Positions 18,497 to 28,882 of a DNA stretch of 59,688 bases are shown here, one piece after another; position 1 is the first letter of the stretch, and every line of letters starts with the position of its first letter. This DNA comes from Clostridia bacterium (lineage in GTDB: Bacteria; Bacillota; Clostridia; Oscillospirales; CAG-272). Below the pieces are notes generated by a model. It saw only the letters and a program-made list of their open reading frames with translations. It was not told where the DNA came from and did not search any database. The stretch covers positions 1-59,688 of the forward strand of contig JAFQMP010000063.1 of NCBI GenBank assembly GCA_017396225.1, written 5' to 3'. Position numbers and translations under genes: made by a program.

Positions 18497-20397
18497 CAGC
18501 GCAGCCTCCAGATAAAGACCTGACCTGCGGGAACGGTCACCCTGCCCTTTTTCACGCGCTTGCCCGACAACAGCTCGGTTGCACGCGCAGGCAGCGAAAG
18601 CTCAAAAGGCTCTGCACCGCAGTTGGCGGCGACAATAAGATGCCCCAGTTCGTTCTCGCGCGAAAAAGCAATCGCATGTGCCGCCTCGTCAAGCAGCCTG
18701 AAATCGCCCTCAGCAAGCACAGCATTTTCCTGTCTGATTTTACCGAGCGTACGATAATAAGCAAGCAAATCTGTGTCCTCCTTCCCCCACGGATAGGGAC
18801 GACGGCAGAAGGGGTCGTGATAGCCCTCCATACCTGCCTCGTCTCCATAAAAGACCGAGGGGACACCAAAAACGGTAAACTGAATGGCTGCGGCAATTTT
18901 CAGGCGCACAATCGCGGTTTTGCGCTCGCTTTCGCTCATGCGCATGACGCGCAGCTCGGCGTTGGTGTGCGTGCCATCATCGGGCGCACCGCCAAGCGTA
19001 GTTAAAATGCGCTCGGTATCGTGGGTGGAAAGAATGTTCATCAGGCTATGACAAACAGTAGTGGGATAAGAGCCCCACAGCTCGCGCAAGGCGCGGACAA
19101 GCGCGCCTGCATCTCCGTCGCGGACAAAGGCTATCAGACCGCGACGCAAAGGATAATTCATCACACTGTCAAGCTGGTCGCCCTCAAAATAATGGCGGCG
19201 CTTGCCGTAGGCAATTTTATCTGCGGCGTTTTCCCAAACCTCACCAAGCACCACGCCCTCGCCCGCGGTACAGCCCTTCACGCGGCGACGCAAATCCGAA
19301 AGAAAGATACCGGGCAGCTCGTCAGCCACGTCAAGACGCCAGCCTGCCAGTCCCATTTTCGTATATTTCTCAATGATGCCACCGTGTCCCACAAAATAGC
19401 GATGCACCTCCGGGTTGGTGAGATTTAATTTCGGCAAAATCTCAATATCCCACCAGCACTCGTATTTTTCGGGGTGCTTTTTAAAATAAAACCAACTGAT
19501 ATAAGGGGATTTTGGCGATTGAAACGCGCCCACGGTGTCGTAATTGCCGCGGCGATTGAAGTAACGGCTATCATCACCCGTATGGTTGAATACGCCATCG
19601 AGCATCACGCCCATGCCGCGCGCACGCGCGGCCTCAATCAAGGCACGGAGTGCCTCCTCACCGCCAAACTGTGGGTCAACCGTTTCATAGTCGCCCGTAT
19701 CGTATTTGTGATTGGAAACCGATTTGAAAATCGGGGAGAGGTAGAGAATCCCCACGCCAAGCGAGGCAAGATAATCAAGCTTATCAATAATACCCCAAAG
19801 CGTGCCGCCGTAAAACTCGGTATTGGCAACAGGGGCGCCCGGATAGGCACCGAACTGCTCAATCTCCTCGTCCCACCTGTTGTGGTAGACAGCACCCACA
19901 GGGCGCTCACCGCCACGCGGTGCAAAGCGGTCCACAAAAATATGGTACATCGTTTTGCCGTGAAAGGACTTCGGTGTTTCAAAGCTCTCGCGCGCCACCA
20001 GCAGGCGGAAGCGCCCCTTGCTATACGTAGAAAGCGCGTATGTCACGTTATCCTCTGCGGTATCGGTAAAAAGGGTTTCCACGCCGCGCAGGAAAAGAAA
20101 TTCATAATAAAAAAGCCCGTGCCCCTCAGGCGCGCAGAGAGTGCGCAGGGAAAGCGAGATACGGTAAGTATCCCACCCCTCACGGGTGTTTTCAAAGGCA
20201 AGCGGCATATCGGTATACGCCGCACCGTCTGCGGCAATGCGCAGCACGACCGCCCCCGCGCCAAGGGCGCGGGGGACGCTAACAGTATAGGTCAGTATAT
20301 CGGCAGCGGAAAACGCGCCGCGGGCGGTCATATCCCTTCCCCCGACCGTGCGACGAATCAGGGGCAGGTCTGTCTGTAACGGAAGCTTCGGAATCAT
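18496..20397 (-). CDS. GH13 alpha-amylase-family glycosidase (neopullulanase/debranching-like)
   Basis: GH13 conserved regions DGVFNHT, GWRLDVADE, GEVWE, LSTHDTER; ATGA overlap with glgP. Confidence 0.85.
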   Translation of the reverse strand: MIPKLPLQTDLPLIRRTVGGRDMTARGAFSAADILTYTVSVPRALGAGAVVLRIAADGAAYTDMPLAFENTREGWDTYRISLSLRTLCAPEGHGLFYYEFLFLRGVETLFTDTAEDNVTYALSTYSKGRFRLLVARESFETPKSFHGKTMYHIFVDRFAPRGGERPVGAVYHNRWDEEIEQFGAYPGAPVANTEFYGGTLWGIIDKLDYLASLGVGILYLSPIFKSVSNHKYDTGDYETVDPQFGGEEALRALIEAARARGMGVMLDGVFNHTGDDSRYFNRRGNYDTVGAFQSPKSPYISWFYFKKHPEKYECWWDIEILPKLNLTNPEVHRYFVGHGGIIEKYTKMGLAGWRLDVADELPGIFLSDLRRRVKGCTAGEGVVLGEVWENAADKIAYGKRRHYFEGDQLDSVMNYPLRRGLIAFVRDGDAGALVRALRELWGSYPTTVCHSLMNILSTHDTERILTTLGGAPDDGTHTNAELRVMRMSESERKTAIVRLKIAAAIQFTVFGVPSVFYGDEAGMEGYHDPFCRRPYPWGKEDTDLLAYYRTLGKIRQENAVLAEGDFRLLDEAAHAIAFSRENELGHLIVAANCGAEPFELSLPARATELLSGKRVKKGRVTVPAGQVFIWRLR

Positions 20398-22823
20398 TTG
20401 TCGGTCATGCGCTCAAGATGCCAGATATCTCTTGCGTAATCGCCTATACTGCGGTCTGCGGCAAAGAAGCCTGCACCTGCAATGTTGGCAAGCGACATAC
20501 GGTTCCAACGGGTGGTATCCTTGTATGCCTCCAGTGCCGAGATGTGTGCCTGACGGTAGGATTCAAAGTCCGCAAGGCAGAGATAGGGGTCAGCCACACC
20601 ATAGCCAGCCAGCAGATAGGTTGCAATATCCGAGAAGTTCTCGCCTGCAAAGCCAACGTTAAGGTAGTTGACAATGCGTGCCAGGCGCTCATTCTGTGCA
20701 TAGTAAAGTGCAGAGTTGTAGCCACGCGACCACAGCTCGTTCACCTCGTTTGCCGTAAGACCGAAGATAAACATATTCTCAGGGCCCGTTGCCGCCTGCA
20801 TCTCGACGTTTGCACCGTCAAGCGTACCGATAGTCAGTGCACCGTTAATCATCAGCTTCATACAACCGGTGCCGCTTGCCTCCTTGCCTGCCATGGAAAT
20901 CTGTTCACTGATTTCGGCAGAGGGAATCAAAAGCTCGGCCGTACTGACATTGTAATCCTCCAGGAATACCACGCGCAGCTTTTCTCTGATAGCGGGGTGC
21001 GCCTCAATATCCTTCCCTATCATGCAGATGAGCTTGATGATGCGCTTAGCCATGGCGTAGCCGGGGGCAGCCTTTGCGCCAAAAATGAAGGTCTGGGGCT
21101 GAATATCCAGATTCGGATTCTCCTTCAGGTCAAGGTAAAGACCGATGATATTCAGCGCATTCAGCAGCTGACGCTTATACTCATGCAGACGCTTGATTTG
21201 CACGTCAAAGATAGAATCGGTATCAAGGGCAATGCCTGCCTTCTGGTAAAGGTGTGCGGCAAAACGTTCCTTGTTGTTTTTCTTAATGGCGGCAAGGCGC
21301 TCAAGCACCTTCTTGTCGTCACTGAACTTCAGGAAATTCTCAAGCTCGGTGGGGTTCTTGCGATAACCCGTGCCGATGCACTCATCAAGCAGCGCTGCCA
21401 GCTCGGGGTTGGAGTAAACCAACCAGCGGCGATGTGCAATACCATTGGTGACGTTGGTAAAGCGATCGGGATACATACGGTAAAAGTCGTGGAACACGCT
21501 CTCGGTAAGAATATCCGAGTGAAGCTTCGACACGCCGTTGACCTTATGCGAGCCGATGACCGAAAGGTTTGCCATACGCACCTGACCGTAGGCGATAACT
21601 GCCATGGCGGAAATGCGGTTCCAATTGCCGGGATAGAACTCCCAAGCCTCCTTGCAGAAGCGCTCGTTGATTTCCTTGACAATCATGTGAATACGGGGAA
21701 GCTTAAGGGCAAACAGGTCCTCGTCCCACTTTTCCAATGCCTCGGGCATAACGGTGTGGTTGGTGTAGGAAACGGTACGGGTTACGATGTCCCATGCCTG
21801 GTCCCAGGAGAAGAAATACTCATCAATGAGGATACGCATCAGCTCGGGAATGCAAAGTGCGGGGTGCGTATCGTTGATGTGGACGGAAGCCTTTTCGGGC
21901 AGGTTATCCAGACGTCCGTATACTGCCATATGGTCGCGGATAATACTCTGGCAGGAGGCAGAAACCAGGAAATACTGCTGCGTCAGACGGAGCAGCTTGC
22001 CCTCAGTGTGGTTATCGGAGGGGTAAAGCACCTTGGAAATAATGTCCGCGGCGTTGGTTTCCTCCATGGCGCGGGTGTACTGACCCTGAGAGAAAAGGCC
22101 CATATCAAACTTGCTGACAGGGCGAGCCTTCCACAAGCGCAGCTGGGAAACAGCCGCACTGTCCGCACCCGAAATCATCATGTCGTGAGGAACAGCATCA
22201 AATTCCTCTCCACCCTCATACGCAATTTCAAGCCTGCCATTCTGCCAGATTTCCTTGACCTTGCCGCCAAAGCGTACGCGATATACGCGGTCACTGCGGG
22301 GCACAAGCCAGACCTCTCCGCCCGGCAACCAAGCGTCGGGCAGCTCAATCTGCATGCCGTCGACAATCATCTGCTTGAAAAGGCCGTACTCATAGCAGAG
22401 CGAAAAGCCGGTGGCCGGATAATCCAGCGAGGAAAGCGAATCCATAAAGCAGGCGGCAAGACGACCAAGACCGCCGTTGCCGAGACCCGCGTCGGGCTCG
22501 CACTCATAAAGGTCATCAAGGTCAGCACCAAGCGATTTCAAGGCCTTGCGGTACTCCTCCTGCAAGCCAAGGTTGCAGAGATTGGTTTTCAGAGAACGAC
22601 CAAGCAAAAACTCCATGCACATATAGTACACGCGCTTGCCGCCTGCCTCGTTTACCTTGTTTCTGAACTTGCTGCGCTTGTCGGTCAGGATATCTTTTAC
22701 GGTCAGCGCTGCGGCCTTGTAAAGCTGCTCACGAGTCGCCTCGGCTGCATTAGAGCCAAAATGACGGGAAAGCTTTTCCTCAATATTCTTCTTAACTTCT
22801 TTTGCGTTGGGGGTGTAATTCAT
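20394..22823 (-). CDS. glgP: glycogen/maltodextrin phosphorylase
   Basis: About 809 aa from ATG 22823 (GGAGGAA RBS); PLP-lysine block EASGTGCMKLMINGA. Confidence 0.92.
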   Translation of the reverse strand: MNYTPNAKEVKKNIEEKLSRHFGSNAAEATREQLYKAAALTVKDILTDKRSKFRNKVNEAGGKRVYYMCMEFLLGRSLKTNLCNLGLQEEYRKALKSLGADLDDLYECEPDAGLGNGGLGRLAACFMDSLSSLDYPATGFSLCYEYGLFKQMIVDGMQIELPDAWLPGGEVWLVPRSDRVYRVRFGGKVKEIWQNGRLEIAYEGGEEFDAVPHDMMISGADSAAVSQLRLWKARPVSKFDMGLFSQGQYTRAMEETNAADIISKVLYPSDNHTEGKLLRLTQQYFLVSASCQSIIRDHMAVYGRLDNLPEKASVHINDTHPALCIPELMRILIDEYFFSWDQAWDIVTRTVSYTNHTVMPEALEKWDEDLFALKLPRIHMIVKEINERFCKEAWEFYPGNWNRISAMAVIAYGQVRMANLSVIGSHKVNGVSKLHSDILTESVFHDFYRMYPDRFTNVTNGIAHRRWLVYSNPELAALLDECIGTGYRKNPTELENFLKFSDDKKVLERLAAIKKNNKERFAAHLYQKAGIALDTDSIFDVQIKRLHEYKRQLLNALNIIGLYLDLKENPNLDIQPQTFIFGAKAAPGYAMAKRIIKLICMIGKDIEAHPAIREKLRVVFLEDYNVSTAELLIPSAEISEQISMAGKEASGTGCMKLMINGALTIGTLDGANVEMQAATGPENMFIFGLTANEVNELWSRGYNSALYYAQNERLARIVNYLNVGFAGENFSDIATYLLAGYGVADPYLCLADFESYRQAHISALEAYKDTTRWNRMSLANIAGAGFFAADRSIGDYARDIWHLERMTDK

Positions 22824-22875
22824 TGTAAGGGTTCCTCCGGAAAAATTGCTGTTATTTGAGTATAATACGGTGCTG

Positions 22876-24306
22876 TCAGATATTCTCGTACATAGCGAGA
22901 TATTCACGGGCGGCAGCTGCCCACGAGAAGTCGGTGCGCATAATCTTAGACATCAATCTGTCACGCTTTGCCTCATCAAGCCAAAGGTTAATGGCAGCCA
23001 CGGTGCGCTCATAAAGCTCAGCGCCCGTATAGTTTGCAAAGGTGAAGCCGTTGCCGTGAATCTTCTTACCTTCCTCCCAATAACCCTTAATCGAGTCAAA
23101 GAGACCGCCGGTTTCGCGCACCACGGGAATGGAGCCGTAGCGCGAGGCAATCATCTGCGACAGACCGCAGGGCTCGGTTTTAGAGGGCATCAGGAAAATA
23201 TCCGACGCCGCGTAAATCTGCTTGGCAAGGTCACGGTCATATTTTAAGAGCGTGCAGACCTTGTCGGGGAAGCAGCGACCAAGCTCGGCAAAGTAGTGCT
23301 CGAAGCGCTCCTCACCGCAGCCGAGCACAACCAGCTGCACATCACGCTCACCAATCAGCTTGGTTAAAATCTCAGTCATAATATCAAGGCCCTTATGTGC
23401 AACCAGACGGGTGATGACTGCCAGCATCGGCACATCACGACGTGCGGGCAAGCCAAGTGCTGCCTGCAGGGCAAGCTTATTTTCCACCTTGCCTGCGCGT
23501 GCGCGCCAGCTGTAGGGTACCGCAAGGGCGGGGTCCTTGGCAGGATTGTAATACTTGTAGTCAATGCCGTTTAAGATGCCGCAAAGCTTGTGACGGTTCT
23601 CGCGGAGAATGCCGTCCAGCCCACGCCCAAAGGCGGGGGTGCAAATTTCCTCGGCATAACGGGGGCTTACGGTGCTGACGGTATCGGCAGAAACGATAGC
23701 CGCCTTCATCAGATTGATGCAGCCGCCGAAATCCATAAGCTCAAACTGCTCATAGCCAAGGCCAAACACATCGCCGAGAATGCCGAAGTTGTACTGCCCC
23801 TGGTATTCTATATTATGAATAGTAAAGGCGGTGCGAATATCCGCATAACCCACGCGGTCACGATAAAAACTGTTCAGATAAACGATAGAAAGCGCCGATT
23901 GCCAGTCGTGTGCGTGAAGCACATCGGGATAGAAATCAAGCTTACCAAGGGCCTCAACGGCCGCACGGCAGAAGAAGGCAAAGCGCTCGCCGTCATCAAA
24001 ATCGCCGTACAGCTTATCTCGCTTGAAATAATACTCATTGTCAACGAAATAATAGGTTACCTTATCCTTTTTGAGGGACTTGATACCGCAGTATAGCTGA
24101 CGCCAGGCAAGGTCAACGGTAAAGACCGCCTCGTCCTTCATCTTTTTGCGCCATTCGGGCTTTACCTGCCCATAAAGGGGCATTATGACGCGTACGTCGG
24201 CGCCCTCGGCAGCAAGTGCTGCAGGCAGAGAGCCCATCACGTCACCCAAGCCGCCCGTAGCTGCAAAGGGCATCGCCTCAGCGCCTACAAATAAAATCTT
24301 TTTCAT
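22876..24306 (-). CDS. glgA: glycogen synthase
   Basis: MKKILFVGAEAMPFAATGGLGDV N-terminus, GT5 layout; ATG 24306 with AGGAG RBS. Confidence 0.92.
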   Translation of the reverse strand: MKKILFVGAEAMPFAATGGLGDVMGSLPAALAAEGADVRVIMPLYGQVKPEWRKKMKDEAVFTVDLAWRQLYCGIKSLKKDKVTYYFVDNEYYFKRDKLYGDFDDGERFAFFCRAAVEALGKLDFYPDVLHAHDWQSALSIVYLNSFYRDRVGYADIRTAFTIHNIEYQGQYNFGILGDVFGLGYEQFELMDFGGCINLMKAAIVSADTVSTVSPRYAEEICTPAFGRGLDGILRENRHKLCGILNGIDYKYYNPAKDPALAVPYSWRARAGKVENKLALQAALGLPARRDVPMLAVITRLVAHKGLDIMTEILTKLIGERDVQLVVLGCGEERFEHYFAELGRCFPDKVCTLLKYDRDLAKQIYAASDIFLMPSKTEPCGLSQMIASRYGSIPVVRETGGLFDSIKGYWEEGKKIHGNGFTFANYTGAELYERTVAAINLWLDEAKRDRLMSKIMRTDFSWAAAAREYLAMYENI

Positions 24307-24329
24307 AGCTACTCCTAAATTCTCGGTCA

Positions 24330-25463
24330 TTAAACCATAATCTGCTTGCCGATATAGAAGGGCATACTCTCACAGCCGCAAAGCTCACGACCGTCACGAA
24401 TCACAACGTTCTTATCGGTAATCACAGAGGTCAGGCGCACATTCTCGCCCGTCACAGTATCCTGCATCAGAATACAGTTCTTGACGACAGTTCCCTTACC
24501 AATTTTAACACCGCGGAAAATGATAGAATTTTCTACCGTGCCCTCAATCACGCAGCCGTCTGCAATCATGGAGCCCACAACCTTGGCATCTGCCGAATAA
24601 CGGGTGGGCGTAGAGTTACGCACCTTGGTAAAGATAGGCTGATTACGGCGATAGAAGAGGTTCACGCGATTGGCAGGGTCAAGCAGACGCATTGAGCAGG
24701 AGAAATAGCTTGCAAGCGAGTTGATGCGGGCAAAAAATCCGTCATACTCCACTGCGCAAATCTTATCCTTCGCGAGATTGCGAATCAGCACATCGCGGTA
24801 GAAGCTCTTGTAGCCGTGTGCAATCGCCTCGGTTACCACGCGCTTGATATAGGTACGGTTCGCAACCCAGATATCCGCGCAAACCTTGACTCTGCCCTGC
24901 TGTCCGTTATACTCTGCCATATCGACAACGCGTCCGTTCTCATCAACCACAGGCACCTGCGCATGGCTGTCAAGAGGCTGCTCGGCGGTGTCCACGGTGG
25001 TGGTCAGAACAGTAAAGTCAGCACCGCTTGCCTCGTGCTTGCGAATCACATTGGCGATATCCACATTACAGATAACATCACAGTCGGAAAGCACCAGCAC
25101 GTCCTCAGTGCAGCGGTCAATAAAGCTCATTACGCCCATGAGGGCCTCCAAGCGCGTGGAGTACACGCGACCTGCAGTGGCGTTATCATACGCCGTAATG
25201 AAGGGGGGCAGAATCTTAATACCGCCCGTGCGGCGTGCAAGATCCCAGTCCTTACCCGTGCCGATGTGGTCAAGCAGGGACTGATAATTGTAGTGAGTAA
25301 TGACACCAACCTTGGTGATACCCGAATTTACCATATTGGAAAGCGCAAAATCAATCAGACGGTATCTGCCCGCAAAGGGGATACTCGCCATGGTACGGCG
25401 GCCCGTCAGCTCGGGAATCGTCGCATCGTGAATGTTAGAGAAAATAATGCCTGCAGCAGTCAT
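24330..25463 (-). CDS. glgD: glucose-1-phosphate adenylyltransferase, GlgD subunit
   Basis: 377 aa paralogous to GlgC, lacking the GGxGxRL loop; left-handed beta-helix C-terminus; TAATG overlap with glgC. Confidence 0.85.
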   Translation of the reverse strand: MTAAGIIFSNIHDATIPELTGRRTMASIPFAGRYRLIDFALSNMVNSGITKVGVITHYNYQSLLDHIGTGKDWDLARRTGGIKILPPFITAYDNATAGRVYSTRLEALMGVMSFIDRCTEDVLVLSDCDVICNVDIANVIRKHEASGADFTVLTTTVDTAEQPLDSHAQVPVVDENGRVVDMAEYNGQQGRVKVCADIWVANRTYIKRVVTEAIAHGYKSFYRDVLIRNLAKDKICAVEYDGFFARINSLASYFSCSMRLLDPANRVNLFYRRNQPIFTKVRNSTPTRYSADAKVVGSMIADGCVIEGTVENSIIFRGVKIGKGTVVKNCILMQDTVTGENVRLTSVITDKNVVIRDGRELCGCESMPFYIGKQIMV

Positions 25464-26659
25464 TACATTGCACCTCCTTTTGCGGATACAATCGCGCCGT
25501 CGGCAACCGTGCCGCCGGCGGGAACCTCGTAGCCCTCACCAAGCACGGCAATACCCTTCGCTTCGCCGCGGGGCTTGCCGACAACGGCATTTTCACCGAT
25601 AACGACATCACGGTCTACAATTGCATAGCTGACACGCGCACCTGCACGAATCACGCAATCGCCCATCAGCACGGCATCTTCTACAACAGCGCCCGCAAGC
25701 ACACGGACGTTTGCACCGAGTACAGAGTTTCTCACGGTGCCGAGAATTTCACAGCCCTCGGTAATCGAGGCGTTTTCAATCACGGCATCGGGCCCTATGT
25801 ACTGAGGCGGTGCGTTTTCATTGCGGGAAAGCACACGCCAATGGCTGTCATTCAGCTTCAGCACAGGATTCTCGCCGAGGATATCCATATTTGCCTCCCA
25901 GAGGGAATCAATGGTGCCGACGTCCTTCCAATAGCCCTCAAAGGAATAGGCCATCATCTTCTCACCTGCGGCAAGCATGGTGGGAATGATGTTCTTGCCA
26001 AAATCATTGGAGGAGTCGGGGTCCTTCGCATCGGCAATCAGGTAATCAAAGAGCTTGGTGCGGGTAAAGACGTAAATACCCATCGATGCCTTGGTGCTGT
26101 CGGGATTCTTCGGCTTCTCGGAGAACTTGAAGATTGTGCCGTCCTCCTTGGTGCTCATGATACCGAAGCGGCTCGCCTCCTCAATCGGCACGTCAATGAC
26201 GGCGATGGTGCAGGCGGCACCCGTCTTTTTGTGGTAATCAATCATCTTGGAGTAATCCATGCTGTAAATATGGTCACCCGACAAAATCAGCACATATTCG
26301 GCATCATAACGCTCGATAAACTGCAAATTCTGATAAATGGCGTTTGCCGTGCCCGTGTACCAGTCAGCGCCACTCTTGGCCTGATAGGGGGGCAGGATTT
26401 TCACGCCGCCGTGGTTGCGGTCAAGGTCCCAGGGAAGACCCGTACCGATGTATTCGTTCAAAACAAGGGGCTGGTACTGCGTCAGCACACCCACGGTATC
26501 AATACCCGAGTGTACGCAGTTGGAGAGGGGGAAATCAATGATGCGGTACTTACCGCCAAAGGTAACCGCAGGCTTTGCCGTGGTGTCTGTGAGTGCGTAC
26601 AGTCTGCTACCCTGACCGCCGGCCAGAAGCATTGCAACACATTCTTTTTTCTTGAACAT
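25463..26659 (-). CDS. glgC: glucose-1-phosphate adenylyltransferase
   Basis: [31 protein letters not shown] motifs. Confidence 0.92.
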   Translation of the reverse strand: MFKKKECVAMLLAGGQGSRLYALTDTTAKPAVTFGGKYRIIDFPLSNCVHSGIDTVGVLTQYQPLVLNEYIGTGLPWDLDRNHGGVKILPPYQAKSGADWYTGTANAIYQNLQFIERYDAEYVLILSGDHIYSMDYSKMIDYHKKTGAACTIAVIDVPIEEASRFGIMSTKEDGTIFKFSEKPKNPDSTKASMGIYVFTRTKLFDYLIADAKDPDSSNDFGKNIIPTMLAAGEKMMAYSFEGYWKDVGTIDSLWEANMDILGENPVLKLNDSHWRVLSRNENAPPQYIGPDAVIENASITEGCEILGTVRNSVLGANVRVLAGAVVEDAVLMGDCVIRAGARVSYAIVDRDVVIGENAVVGKPRGEAKGIAVLGEGYEVPAGGTVADGAIVSAKGGAM

Positions 26660-26703
26660 ACTCTATATCCTCCATTTTTTATTTTGACTGAACGAAAAAT
26701 TTG

Positions 26704-28602
26704 TCAGCGTCTTCTGACAGGATATTTGCGACGGCACTGCAGCATAACAGCGCCAAGAGGGGGTAAGATCAATTTCAGCGATTGCGCATGACCGTGCATC
26801 GGGAATTTCTCGGTAATAAGCACACCCTCATGCCGTATGCCGCTGCCACCAAACGCCTTGTCATCAGAGGAGAGAACCTCCTCCCACACGCCATGCTGCG
26901 GCACACCGATGCGGAAATCCTCACGCGTAACGGGTGTGAAATTAATCACCACCACGGTTTCCCTGCCCCGCTTGTCGATGCGGCGATAGGAGATTACACT
27001 CTGGTCACAGTTGTCTGCATCTATCCAGGAAAAGCCCTCCCAGCCGCCGTCCTGCTCATAGAGCGCGGGGGTTTTGAGATAGAGCGCGTTGACCGCCGCC
27101 ACGTAATGCTGGAATGCAGCGTGCATCGGATAGTCAAGCAAAAACCACTCTAACTCATTTTCATAGTCCCATTCGCGAAACTGACCGAACTCCGAGCCCA
27201 TGAAGAAAAGCTTTTTGCCGGGGTGCGTCATCATATACGCATAATGCGCACGCGCGCCCGCAAACTTCATTTCATAGCTGCCGGGATTGCGGTCGAGGAA
27301 GGATTTTTTACCATGCACCACCTCGTCATGCGAAATCGGCAGCAAATATTTTTCGCTGAAGGCATAGGTCAATGAGAAGGTCAGCTTTCCATGGCTGTAT
27401 TTGCGGTAAATCGGGTCGGTTTCGGCATACGCCAGCGTGTCGTTCATCCACCCCATATTCCATTTGAGGTGGAAGCCAAGACCGCCGTTTTCCAGCGTGG
27501 TCAGATTGCCCCAGGCGGTTGACTCCTCGGCAATCATCAAAAGGTCCGGGAAAGCGCCGCGCATATGCGCATTCAGCTTGCGGAAAAAGGCAATTGCCTC
27601 CAGATTTCTGTTGTCGCCGTACGCATTCGGCACCCACTCGCCGGGCTCACGGTCATAGTCAAGATAGAGCATTGATGCCACGGCATCGACACGCAAGCCG
27701 TCAATGTGGTAAAGCTCCGCCCAATAGGTTGCGCTTGAGATGAGGAAGCTCTGCACCTCCTCACGCCCCACGTCGAAGCAGCGTGTGCCCCAACCGCGGT
27801 GCTCCTGCCTGTCCTTACCCTGATACTCGTAAAGCGGCTCGCCGTCAAACTCGTAAAGCCCCTGCGCGTCCTTGGGAAAATGGGCAGGCACCCAATCGAA
27901 AATCACACCAATGCCCGCCTCGTGCATCGCATCAACAAAGCCCATCAGCTCGTGCGGATTGCCATACCTTGAGGTCGGCGCAAAATAACCGGTTACCTGA
28001 TACCCCCAGGAGCCGTCATAGGGGTGCTCCATGACAGGCAGCAGCTCCACGTGCGTGTAGCCCATGGCCTTGACATAGGGGGCAAGCTCGCGGGCAAGCT
28101 CGGTATAAGTAAAATAACTGCCGTCCCGGTGCTTGCGCCAGGAGCCGAGGTGTACCTCGTAAATATTCATCGCGCGGCTGTCAACGGGCTTGGACGATTC
28201 GCGCTTGCGGTAGCGAAGCCATGCGGCATCACGCCACACGTACCCGTCAACGTCAAAATAAATTGAGGCGGTTTCAGGATACTGCCCTGCCATTGTGCCG
28301 TAAGGGTCAGCCTTATAAATCTCACCGTGCGGGGTATGCATTTTGAATTTGTAAAGACTGCCCTCCCCGAAGCGGTCGGCGGAAACAAAGCCCTCAAACA
28401 CACCGCCCTCCGTGACACGTGCCATGGGTGTGTCCTCGCCCCAATCATTGAAGTCACCTACAACGAATACGGCAAGGGCGTGCGGTGCCCATACACGAAA
28501 AACATAGCCGCCCTCCGTCCTATGCACACCAAGATAACGGTAGGCGTAATAGTTTGTCCCCTGATGAAACAAATAGGGCGCCAGCTGCTCTCGCTTCTCC
28601 AT
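26704..28602 (-). CDS. glgB: 1,4-alpha-glucan branching enzyme
   Basis: 632 aa; GH13_9 regions DWVPAHF, GLRVDAVASM, IAEEST, SHDEVVHGK. Confidence 0.92.
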   Translation of the reverse strand: MEKREQLAPYLFHQGTNYYAYRYLGVHRTEGGYVFRVWAPHALAVFVVGDFNDWGEDTPMARVTEGGVFEGFVSADRFGEGSLYKFKMHTPHGEIYKADPYGTMAGQYPETASIYFDVDGYVWRDAAWLRYRKRESSKPVDSRAMNIYEVHLGSWRKHRDGSYFTYTELARELAPYVKAMGYTHVELLPVMEHPYDGSWGYQVTGYFAPTSRYGNPHELMGFVDAMHEAGIGVIFDWVPAHFPKDAQGLYEFDGEPLYEYQGKDRQEHRGWGTRCFDVGREEVQSFLISSATYWAELYHIDGLRVDAVASMLYLDYDREPGEWVPNAYGDNRNLEAIAFFRKLNAHMRGAFPDLLMIAEESTAWGNLTTLENGGLGFHLKWNMGWMNDTLAYAETDPIYRKYSHGKLTFSLTYAFSEKYLLPISHDEVVHGKKSFLDRNPGSYEMKFAGARAHYAYMMTHPGKKLFFMGSEFGQFREWDYENELEWFLLDYPMHAAFQHYVAAVNALYLKTPALYEQDGGWEGFSWIDADNCDQSVISYRRIDKRGRETVVVINFTPVTREDFRIGVPQHGVWEEVLSSDDKAFGGSGIRHEGVLITEKFPMHGHAQSLKLILPPLGAVMLQCRRKYPVRRR

Positions 28603-28666
28603 AAGCTCACCTCTTTTCCATTACTAAAGCCATGCACACGCGTGTGCACGATTATAACTTATAATT

Positions 28667-28695
28667 ATTATACACCCAATATTAACAGATTGCAA
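28667..28695 (-). promoter_or_regulatory. sigma-70-type promoter of the glg operon
   Basis: Minus-strand TTGCAA (28690-28695), 17-nt spacer, TATAAT (28667-28672). Confidence 0.5.
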
Positions 28696-28797
28696 GTATT
28701 TTTATCCTGAAAACTTCTGCTTTTTCTGCATATTTTCGGCGTTTTTCGATATTTTCCCTCTTTTTTATACAGCAAAAAAATCCCTCGCGTCTCGGGA

Positions 28798-28826
28798 TTG
28801 ACATTGCAAATTTATTCTGTTATAAT
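28798..28826 (+). promoter_or_regulatory. consensus sigma-70 promoter upstream of holB
   Basis: Perfect TTGACA (28798-28803), 17-nt spacer, TATAAT (28821-28826). Confidence 0.6.
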
Positions 28827-28882
28827 TATATTTTGAGGATATCTCAAAATATGATGACCCTCGCAGAGAAAGGAGCGCGCAA

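Noticed and set aside
20418-22859. 813-aa + strand ORF antisense to glgP. Similar cases: 47713-49914 (antisense to ftsH), 38609-40330 (antisense to nusA/ylxR), 45179-46714 (antisense to dnaB/tilS), 16552-17838 (antisense to the kinase), 14129-15043 and 15131-16225 (antisense to fucI)
   Set aside because: All are antisense shadow ORFs of strongly supported genes, with no independent start signals or recognisable domains. They follow from codon bias.
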